NCBI GenBank assembly: GCA_965644315.1
Contig: CBFFRQ010000037.1
Location: 53,649-117,648, forward strand
Length of the DNA stretch: 64,000 nucleotides
Direction of reading: 5' to 3'
Source: Caecitellus pseudoparvulus
Taxonomy: Eukaryota; Protista; Bigyra: Bicosoecida
The translations under genes and the position numbers were made by a program. How positions within the stretch are numbered: the stretch's first letter is position 1; each line of letters begins with the position of its first letter. The notes under the pieces were generated by a model. That model searched no databases, was not told the origin of the DNA, and was given only the letters and a program-made list of their open reading frames with translations. Positions 33,401-42,861 of this stretch are shown piece by piece.

Positions 33401-36400
33401 TACGCGAATGCGGTGCCCCCTGTCACATACTGCAAGCCGCCTGTCACCACCATCCACCGGTGGCCTTCTCCGAAACCAGGCGACACTTGGCAGTGCACTT
33501 CTGTGTGTTGGACTACGACGGTGCACACTTGCGCTTCGAGAACGACAACACCCTGCGCAGTGTTTGCCGAGCAGGACTGCTGCAGAGCCGCCACGACGCC
33601 ACCCACTTCTGCTACGCGGGTTGGGTCGGTCGTGTACACAGCTGTGAGCCGAAAGGGGACGTCGGGGTGAGCGTCCAGTCCGCTGCCCAAATTGGAACCC
33701 CGGATGGCGACCAGGTCTGAGCCGACAGTGCTCAGTCCATACGGACTGAGCACTGTGACGCTGGAGATGGCGGGGGGATCGGCTTTGTCCAGCACGCGCA
33801 CTTGCAGCGTAAAAGTCACCGTGTGGGCGGATTTGCGAGGGTCCAGGATGAACGCGCCCTGCGACCGCACAAACGGCGTGTCGGAGACCTGCAGCGCAAT
33901 GTCGTACGTCCAATTCCGAGCCGCCATGGCTTCGTAGTCCACAGTGTCATCCCGCAGCAGCAGCAGCGCAGAGCGCTGCACGAGGGCTGGAGCATCAGGG
34001 CTGTCGTCAGTGCAGGGAACGAGCTCGTGCTGCACTTCAAACCACCCCGACAGGGCATTTGTGATGGCAAATGTCAGGTTTTGGCGCAGGTCCTTATCAG
34101 TCGCATTCAGCACTGCGACAAGGGTGCCAGGGGCGGAGTTCTCGGCAAGCGTGATGGGCTCAGGCTGCGGCACCACCTCGGGCACGTCGTTGATGTCATC
34201 CACTACGATCAGGTAGTCTGTGGTGGCAACGACGGTGTCAGAGGCAGGTTTGAACACTTCGATGCCGCAGCTGAACTGGGATGCCTCCAGGAACGCGTGT
34301 GCTGGCACTGACAGCTGGATGACTGGGCGAGAGCCATCTGCTGCTCGCGGCAGCAGCTGCCCAGCAGGCAGAAGCGTGAAGTTCGCGGCGCACTTGGCGA
34401 GGTTGGGCGGGGCGAAGCGTACCCCCAGCACTTCATCGTCTTCATCCAGCACAGCAATGTCGGAGTCGGAGACGAGGGCACCTTGCCCATTTTCAGCCAC
34501 AGTGACGATGCGCGTCAGGGCTGGCTGCAGGGTCGTGGGGTCTTCCGCATCAAGAACACGCAGAGAGCCCACCACAACCGCCGTGTTCCCAGCGTCGTCT
34601 TCCACCTGCACTGCGACTCCGTAACTTGACCGTGCCTCGAAGTTGGGCGCTGCCGAAGTCGGTGCCAGGCCCAGAGCTGACACCATGCCGAGGGTGAGCT
34701 GCTCAAGCTTCACAGCTGGCTCCAGAGACGTCGTGTGCTCTCCAATGGAACGTGCTCCCGCATTGGGCAAGTCTGCAAGTGATGCTGCTTGCTGCAGCAC
34801 CATGGTTGAACCGTAAGGGGTGCTGACGGCTGTGTTGGCCAAGCACGCCGTTGAGATGTTTCCGCCTGGGGAGTTCTGCACCGCCCAGCCGACTGAGGAC
34901 ACGTTATCGCAGGTGACAGCTGAGGCAAGAGTTTGCACAGCCAGAGGACTGGACGTGCCATGGGACGCGAACGCTGTGGCCATGGAGTGCAGCCCTCGAG
35001 GCAGCGACTTGACTTTCAGCGTGCAAGTCTGGTCACGGGCCAGGTCTGGGTCCACACACGCCACAGTGTTCGCTGCAGCAGGCGCGATGACACTGTCATT
35101 GGTCTGCGACTCGGCCAGCTGCCGAGCAAGCGCCGGCGACGGCAGGGCCCACGTGCCAGGCTCCGTGTTCTCGACAATGAAGAACACGGGGAGGGTGCTG
35201 GGCCACGTGGAGTCCAGGGCTGCCCAAGGGTACTCCACAGCAGAAGGCACTGCCACCACCGGTGGCTCGTCAACGTCCACCACGGACACATTCACAAAGG
35301 TAGGTGTGGATGGCAGCACGCCGTCGGTAGCCTCCACAAGCATGGACGCACGTGTGGCAATGGGCGGCAGCGGGCCTGGAGCAGCGCCTCCCGGAAAACC
35401 TGCTGCTGCTCCACTCGTCGACAGGTCGTGGAATGTGCCAAACCCACGTGCCACGAGCAGCTGCTCAAAGCTTAAGCTATCGCTCGCCTCTGGCTGAGTT
35501 GACGTGCCAGAGCCCACACGCACCACGCCTGTGCCCGTCACGAGGGCTAGCCGAGCGGCCACGTCAGTGGGGCTGACTTGCAAGTTGGCAAAGGTCAGCG
35601 GGTCTCCATCAGCATCTGAAGCTGAAACGGTACCGATAAAGGCGGATGCTGGCGAGTTCTCGGCGATGGAGAGCACCTGTCCTTGCGGAATAATGGGAGA
35701 GTCGTTGTCGTTGGACACTGTGACGTTGACGAGAGCGACCGAGGAGTCGGCACCTGCCGATGCCCTGACGTTGAAAGTGAAAACAGGGAACGTCTCAAAA
35801 TCCATGGGGGACACGATCTGCAACTGGCAGGTGCTGCTCTGAACACCTGCCGTGGACGATGTCAGAAGGGCAAAGTGGCTCTGGACGACCGCGAGGGAGG
35901 GAACACTCGCAGAGTCAATTGTGCACGTGATTTCTTCAGCATCTGGGTCATTAACGGACATTGCTGGGGAGAGCAACGAGCCATTTGCAGCCAGCTCCGG
36001 CACTGTGTAGCTAAACGGAGCACCGACGAAGGCAAGGGGCTCGGGCACGTCCACCACTCGCACGCTCACCTGCGCGTCCCAATCAGACCCATCGTCTGTC
36101 ACCCGCAGCGTGAAGTTGTACTCCCCCACGCTCTCTGCATCCAGCATCACCAGAGTCTCCACGTCACATGCCGTCACCCCCCCACCCAAGTCCTGACTTG
36201 TCACCCCCAGCGCAGCCTGCACTGTGGCCAGGTCAGGCGTGGCTGGCGCGACGATGGCGCAGGAGTTCAGGAAGTCGCCGTCAGGGTCGGACACGGTGGG
36301 CTGCCCGACTGCTGCGCCGGGGGCGAGGCCCTCGTCGACGGAGAAGGTGAAGGGGTCGCCGATCCACGTGGGCGGCTCAGGCACGTCCACCACTCGCACG

Positions 36401-38138
36401 CTCACCTGCGCGTCCCAATCAGACCCATCGTCTGTCACCCGCAGCGTGAAGTTGTACTCCCCCACGCCCTCTGCATCCAGCATCACCAGAGTCTCCACGT
36501 CACATGCCGTCACCCCCCCACCCAAGTCCTGACTTGTCACCCCCAGCGCAGCCTGCACTGTGGCCAAGTCAGGCGTGGCTGGCGCGACGATGGCGCAGGA
36601 GTTCAGGAAGTCGCCGTCAGGGTCGGACACGGTGGGCTGCCCGACTGCTGTGCCGGGGGCGAGGCCCTCATCGACGGAGAAGGTGAAGGGGTCGCCGATC
36701 CACGTGGGCGGCTCAGGCACGTCCACCACTCGCACGCTCACCTGCGCGTCCCAATCAGACCCGTCGTCCGTCACCCGCAGCGTGAAGTTGTACTCCCCCA
36801 CGCCCTCGGCATCCAGCATCACCAGAGTCTCCACGTCACATGTCGTCACGCCCCCACCCAAGTCCTGACTTGTCACCCCCAGCGCAGCCTGCACTGTGGC
36901 CAGGTCAGGCGTGGCTGGCGCGACGATAGCGCAGGAGTTCAGGAAGTCGCCGTCAGGGTCGGACACGGTGGGCTGCCCGACTGCTGTGCCGGGGGCGAGG
37001 CCTTCGTCGACGGAGAAGGTGAAGGGGTCGCCGATCCACGTGGGCGGCTCAGGCACGTCCACCACACTGACATTTACCGTGGCAGTTGCCGAGAGGGTGC
37101 CATCTGAGACTTGAACGCCAAAGAGATAGCTCGCGCGGGCCTCAAAATTGAGAGTTGTTTGGCGCGTGAGGGCACAGGAAACGTTTCCTGGAGAGTGCAT
37201 GGTCGCGGCGAGGGTGAAGCGATTGTTCACGACAGTGGGACCAGGGACGTAAGGCCCGACGAATGCACATGTGAGATTGTCGCCATCTGGATCACTTGCG
37301 ACTATGAGCGGTGTCATGGGGGGCCCCGGGGGTGCCTCGCCTTCTGGCGTCGTGTAGAAGAATGAGGACTGGGTCAGTTGCGGTGGCTCGGGGACGTCCG
37401 TCACGTTCACCAAGATGGCAGTGGTGCTGGAGTTGCCGCCATCGTCCACGGCCAGCACAGAGAAGGCGAATGTCGGCGTCGTCTCATAGTCAACAGCTTG
37501 GGCTAGGGTCACATTCGCGCTGTTTCGATCTGGTCCATCAGGTGGCTGATCCAGCGTGACCCACGGCGAGGGTGGCGAGAGGGAGAGGGAGGTGTTGGCA
37601 GCTGCGCCATGGTCAGCCTCTGTGGCAGTGATGACACCAATGATAGATCCCAGGAGCGTGTTCTCAGATACCGCTAAGGACGTCGGCGTCAGCACAGGGG
37701 CACTGCGGGGGCATGATGTGGTGTGCGAGGGTGCCAGCGTTTCGCTGCCGGCGAAGCTGCAGGCGTCAGGCAAACTCACCTCGCACGTGCGACAGCGCTC
37801 AGCACAGCCAACCACACTACGATCCATATTCGTCTGAATGGACCACTGCAGTCGTGGCGTGGGTGCTGGGTACTTGGCTGGGTCAACAGGAATGGAAGCA
37901 CGACTGAGTGTGTGTGCCGACTGTCCCACCGCCTGCCAACCCTTGCACCGGCTGGTGCCTTTCCACGGGGCCGAACAGCACAAGGCACGCATGAAGTATG
38001 ATGGACGTTCAGGCTTGGGTGCTGCACCGCGCTTGTTGCCTCTGCAGCGCTGCCTTGGCTCGGAGAACTGCACGTCGGAAGGCCTGCTGTGCCGAGCAGC
38101 TCAGGTGCAGCCCTGCTCCAGGCACACCCGGGCAGCAT
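24466..38138 (-). CDS. Giant cadherin-repeat/IPT-TIG/Cys-rich/9-TM protein (nonagonal-cadherin-like) with IQ motif and C2-like domain; intron 37703-37779 (start uncertain)
   Basis: About 10 cadherin repeats (VSEN, VDYE, DPDGD, DDINDVP; ~33780-37700), multiple IPT/TIG repeats (GxNFG; ~30100-33780), CRAGFYG/Cys-rich segment, and nine hydrophobic helices (~27310-29555). A signal-like RIWIVVWLAVLSAVARA is spliced to SAPVLTP. Confidence 0.85.
36038..37064 (-). repeat. Three near-identical 336-bp tandem units, each encoding one 112-aa cadherin domain
   Basis: The anchor ggctc(a/g)ggcacgtccaccac recurs at ~36038, 36374, 36710 and 37046. The units differ by only a few substitutions. Confidence 0.95.
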
Positions 38139-38723
38139 GCTGACAAGGGCACCAAGAGCTGGACAAGTTACTTTCGTGTGTGCCCTCAACACCTGTGCAG
38201 TCAGCCCCCCTGCACAGCAGCGCAGCAGAGGGCTTTGGGTTGCGCTGGAAACGTCGCTGCGGCACGGGAGGCGCAGCAGGACACGACGTCCTGGCTTCAC
38301 GCGCACAGCCACATGCAAGTGGAGCACACGCGCTGAGACTGCAAGGCAGTTTGTCAAGCCGTGGTGTTGTGGAAATTAACCCGCGTTTAAACCGTGTGAT
38401 GCAGAGCGCATGTGAAGTGTGGCCTGATGCGTCGTCTTGGAAGTGCCGCCTAGCTGCAGCCAAGCGAGCACTGACATTCTCTGTGTAATTGCCACAACCA
38501 GTTTGCTGATGTTCACGTCCGCGACGCCGACAAGCTTGCTGCCCGCTCATGCCTCAGTGCTCGGCGCGTTGAATCCGGCTCCAACTGCAGCCACGCACTG
38601 GACGACTAGACGCCCCTCCTTTCCGACTCTCAAGGGCAAGGTGAAGCCAGGGAGCCAGCTGGGCCTGCTTCAAGCGCCCATCAACACGCTCAAGGTGCCT
38701 GACACCTGGAGGATCTCACAGGC

Positions 38724-40688
38724 ATGGCGGCAGTCCCAGGTGAGCCAAGGCGAGTTGTGCGGAAATCGCTTCGCCACGCCACGACATTGCCGTCACCCTG
38801 CGCAGCTGAGGCTTGGGCCCGCAGTGACACTCACGCCTTTATTCTCACCGAGGCTGGAAAGCCCGTCTTCACCCTGTGCGTTTGCGCGAGCCCTTTCTCG
38901 TCATCGCGCGTCGCACCAGTGCGCTGGCTCCTGCTCAGGATTCCGGGCAGCGAGGAGCTGCTGGGGAATGTGCTGGTGACGCTGCAGGCAGTGGTGGCGC
39001 AGACCATCCACAGGGGGGACCCCTTGACCAGCATCACTGCAGGGGGTGCGACGTGGGTGTTTCTGACCCTGAACGGCTTGCACATTGTCACGGTGGGTCG
39101 CAGGGGCGAGTGTCGTGAGCAGCTCATGCGTTTCGCCGAGGTCTTGTACGGGCACGTCTTGTTCACGCTGACGGGCGACGTGCTGCGGAGGCTGCAAACA
39201 GACCCTGGCATTGACGTCGGCAGCATGATGCGAGGCACGGCTGGGGAAGCAGCAGCACTGGTGCACTCAGCCCAGCGCAGCAGCTCGTGGATGCTGCGTG
39301 GCCTGCCGATGATGGGCATGCTGGCCAGCACGCGGGCCGCCCTGCACAGCGCGCTGGACACTGTGGACATCCCAGGCACAGTGTACACACTGCTGAGTGT
39401 GGGGGGCGAGATCGCCGCCTTTACACAGCCACCCCACGGCCACGCGCTGGCCCCGCTGGATGCTGGCCTGCTCTTGGCAGCGGTGCAGGCCAACCCGGCA
39501 GCGAGAATGGGAGACAGCTGGGTCCCCGTCTGCCTGCCGTGCCTCTCCAGCGACGGCATCGTGCAAGTTGGCATCGTGCACCTGGCGTCGCTGGAGCGCG
39601 GTGCACGTCGCAGTTGCCCGCCCAGCACACTACCCGTTCGATCCACTGCCGTGTCGCCTGCCCAGCGCCAGGGTGGCGGTGCCACTGCAGCAGGGGCCGC
39701 GTCACTGGTCAAACGCAGTGCCAGCGAGCGCACCACCATGCCAGTGGGTGCCCGCCGGGGGCAGCTGTCTGAGCTGCTGGAGTTGAACCACAGTATGGTG
39801 GCTGAGGCAGCCAGTGCCCTGGCGACAGACGTGGACAAGGATGCTGAGTATGTGAAGGAGTGGATCGATGAGCAGATGAGGGGCGTGGAAGGTGCTCCCC
39901 CTGCCGACAGCACGGGAGGGGGTGACCCACCGCCGCCCCCCCACGATGAGCAGGCCCCCGCTGTGCCTGCCGATGTCGAATCGGGAGCCGTGGCGTCAGG
40001 GGAAGGCGGTGCGACTCGACATCGGGATCATGGTGTGGAACCGTTGCTGTCGAAGCAGCTGGTGGCTGCGTCTCGCGATGACGTGTTCTTCATCTGTGTC
40101 ACGCAAAGCCTGCCTTCCGATGGCTTCGGCGTGCTGCAAAGCGTGCGGCAGAAGCTGGGTAAATCCCTGGAGGGAGGCTCGCTTGCGCTCAAGGCGCTGG
40201 CAGAGCGAGTGCAAGTCGGCGGCATTGACGCAGGGCACGTGGGGTTCCCTGGCCTGCTGCACTTTTCCTACCTGTGGAAACCCATCGGACAGTGCGTCAG
40301 CACTGCTCTGCCGGCAGGACTGACGTCTGACGAAGCCTGTGTCGCGCTGCACAGGCGCTACGCACACTTGGCTGCCAGACTGGAGGCTGACACGCCAACT
40401 CTGCGGCATGTCGTGGACGGCCGCGACGCGTCCGTGCTGCACGCTGGCATCCACACCCAGAACGCCATCTTGCTTGCGACGTGGCAGCGAGGCGTTGCGT
40501 CTTCTGCTCGCCGCCGACGCGGCAGTCGAGGCTGGGCGACGTGGTTCGCAAGCGCGTCGCAGCCGAAGACTGAGCGCGGCGCCGGAGACATTCCACGTCT
40601 CATGGAGGCGCTGGCCAAGAAACTGAAGGGCCGCCACGACCGCATGTTCGTGGACGCCCCGCCACCACCCAAGAACATGCGGCCCTGA
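38724..40688 (+). CDS. MON1: Vacuolar fusion protein Mon1/SAND (Rab7 GEF subunit); probable in-frame intron 38876-38938
   Basis: HAFILTEAGKPVF, ITAGGATWVFL, LYGHVLFTLT, DPGIDV, DSWVPVCLP, GLLHFSY longin-domain motifs. Confidence 0.85.
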   Translation: MAAVPGEPRRVVRKSLRHATTLPSPCAAEAWARSDTHAFILTEAGKPVFTLCVCASPFSSSRVAPVRWLLLRIPGSEELLGNVLVTLQAVVAQTIHRGDPLTSITAGGATWVFLTLNGLHIVTVGRRGECREQLMRFAEVLYGHVLFTLTGDVLRRLQTDPGIDVGSMMRGTAGEAAALVHSAQRSSSWMLRGLPMMGMLASTRAALHSALDTVDIPGTVYTLLSVGGEIAAFTQPPHGHALAPLDAGLLLAAVQANPAARMGDSWVPVCLPCLSSDGIVQVGIVHLASLERGARRSCPPSTLPVRSTAVSPAQRQGGGATAAGAASLVKRSASERTTMPVGARRGQLSELLELNHSMVAEAASALATDVDKDAEYVKEWIDEQMRGVEGAPPADSTGGGDPPPPPHDEQAPAVPADVESGAVASGEGGATRHRDHGVEPLLSKQLVAASRDDVFFICVTQSLPSDGFGVLQSVRQKLGKSLEGGSLALKALAERVQVGGIDAGHVGFPGLLHFSYLWKPIGQCVSTALPAGLTSDEACVALHRRYAHLAARLEADTPTLRHVVDGRDASVLHAGIHTQNAILLATWQRGVASSARRRRGSRGWATWFASASQPKTERGAGDIPRLMEALAKKLKGRHDRMFVDAPPPPKNMRP

Positions 40689-40855
40689 GCAGACAGAACC
40701 AGCGCCGGCAGCTGTGTGCGTGTAGTGCCTGGCGGCGCCGGCGAGTCAGTGACGCTAAACAGTTGCAGCAGATTGCCAAATTCAACCGCCGCGCCACGGA
40801 GTACTGCAGCTGGCATGGTGCCCCACACATACATGGCAGGTGGCACCCGAACACC

Positions 40856-42655
40856 ATGCCCCCCAAGAAGCGGTCGTCTCCCTCGGCTAGGGGGCGCAAG
40901 CGTCCACGCCAGGCGCAATTCGACGAGGAGGCACGTGGTGCTGTGAACAAAGGCAGCGGTGGGCACAGCTCTGCCAGCAGTGGCAGTGATTCCGAGCCAG
41001 AGGCACCTGTGACGAGGAGTCGTCGCCAGCCGGGAGGTGAAGGTGGCGGGCGTCAGCGGAGCGGGGCGGGGTCTCCGAAATGTCCCGTGTGCTCGAGAGA
41101 TTTGAGTCGGCTCACCTCGGCAGCACGCGAGCGGCACGTTGGGCGGTGTGTCCAGGACAGCAACTCGAGCCAGGCAGCAGCGGAGGCTGGCCAAGCGGAA
41201 GAAAATCGTGCAGCATTGGAAGAAGACAGGCGCCTGCGCGGTGTAGCGCGGCTGCACCGAAGTTTGGTGCCTGGACTGGGGCTAGCTCTTGGTGCGGTTT
41301 TTGACGCTGCGCCCGGCGCGACGTTTGATCCCGCCTCACGGCCAGCCCTGCTGGCTGTGGGGGGGACAGTCACTTCACAGAAGGTGGGTGGGATTGTCAT
41401 GCCCACAGGTACCTGTGTTGAGGACGCACGGCTGCAGGTTCTGGCCGCGGCTTACGCGACACGGGAGCCTGGCTGTGTCCCCGCACCGGCCGTCAGTGCT
41501 TCCTCAGCGCCAAGCAGCGAGGCGCTGGCCGACTTCCTCGTGCCGACGGCCATTCCCCACCGGAACTTGGCCAATGTGCGCCGTGGGTGTGCCGTGGAGT
41601 TCGTGTGGCGAGGCGTGCCCATGTGGGGCCAAGTGCTCACTCGGTTGCCTCGCAGTGGTCCACACCTCATGGCACGCCTGACGGTGCAAGCGTACAGCAG
41701 CGGGGTGGAGCTGAGCCTGCTGGCGCGGGACGTGTGGCCCATTGAAGGGGGCAGTCGGGAGTCCCTGGCCAGCGACGTGGCGTGCGAGGGGGACCGCGTC
41801 CCTATTCACTTCCACGGCGACGACGATGGCTCCTTCTCAAAGGCGCCGGCACAAGTCGCCACGCCACCCCCCATGGCGCCCGGCAGTGACATCCCAGAAG
41901 TGGCTGCAGGTGGCATGCTGCCCTCCACTGCCTCCAGCTCTGCAGCTGCAGCCACGGGGGGCGGCCGTGGGTGGGGCGCAGGGGGCCGCAAAGCAACGCC
42001 GCCCGCCACCCCAACTGACACTGCGTCTGCGGCCAGCGGGGCTGAGGACAAGGCGGCACGGGGGCCGGGCAGGCGTGGCAGCAGTGGGGAGAACCTGCAC
42101 GAGGCAGGACATGGCTCCACTGTGCGTGCCCGGCGCAAGTACATCTCGGGGCGCTCGTTGAGGTGGGACATGCGGGTGTACTTTTGCGACCGCCTGGACG
42201 AGGTGTTCGCGACGCTGCCGACGGCGCCCGTGCCAGGGACGGGCGCTCCACACCTTCTGACCAGTGCTGCCGCAACTGAGACCATGCGCAGTTGCATTGA
42301 CATGACCCTGGCCGCTTTCCGCCACAGGAGAGCGGTGCAGCGTGTGCCGGAAGCGGCAGCTCAAGCCATGCTGGTCAGCCACATCCCCCACTGGCAGTAC
42401 TTGCGGGGCATTTGCGCAGTGCCAGTGCGGCGTCCCCCACTGCCTCTCAGTAGCTGGCAGACGAGCCTGCTGCACTGTCCCAGCCTCACCTCACACCACG
42501 TGTGGCTGACGCTGGGTGGCGGTGAGGTGGCCGATGCGGCGCGTCGCATCCACGAGCTAGAAGCGGCGGGCGTGCCGCCCATCTCGAAGAGCGGCTCCGC
42601 AGCACAGAGCCTGGTGCTGGCAGCAGCCACCACTCCCCAGACACTGGCCCGGTGA
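40856..42655 (+). CDS. Nuclear protein with UBZ4-type zinc finger and possible Tudor-like segment
   Basis: NLS MPPKKR...RGRKRPR; CPVC-x15-H-x3-C (KCPVCSRDLSRLTSAARERHVGRC, ~41081-41150); VRRGCAVEFVWRGVPMWGQV. Confidence 0.6.
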   Translation: MPPKKRSSPSARGRKRPRQAQFDEEARGAVNKGSGGHSSASSGSDSEPEAPVTRSRRQPGGEGGGRQRSGAGSPKCPVCSRDLSRLTSAARERHVGRCVQDSNSSQAAAEAGQAEENRAALEEDRRLRGVARLHRSLVPGLGLALGAVFDAAPGATFDPASRPALLAVGGTVTSQKVGGIVMPTGTCVEDARLQVLAAAYATREPGCVPAPAVSASSAPSSEALADFLVPTAIPHRNLANVRRGCAVEFVWRGVPMWGQVLTRLPRSGPHLMARLTVQAYSSGVELSLLARDVWPIEGGSRESLASDVACEGDRVPIHFHGDDDGSFSKAPAQVATPPPMAPGSDIPEVAAGGMLPSTASSSAAAATGGGRGWGAGGRKATPPATPTDTASAASGAEDKAARGPGRRGSSGENLHEAGHGSTVRARRKYISGRSLRWDMRVYFCDRLDEVFATLPTAPVPGTGAPHLLTSAAATETMRSCIDMTLAAFRHRRAVQRVPEAAAQAMLVSHIPHWQYLRGICAVPVRRPPLPLSSWQTSLLHCPSLTSHHVWLTLGGGEVADAARRIHELEAAGVPPISKSGSAAQSLVLAAATTPQTLAR

Positions 42656-42861
42656 TTGCCACGGGCTTGAAACGAGGAACGCGAGCGCCCAAATGCACGC
42701 CCTGTGCAAAGTACAACTACGACGCATCCAGCCTGTGGGAGCTGGCGTTGAAGCACACACTGCATGCACACCGCCCGCTGCAGACTGCGTGTTGCTTCTG
42801 CTGGGACAGCCAGCGCCCTGCGCCGTGCAAGCAGCAGAGTGAGCGTTGTGTCTGAGAAGCC

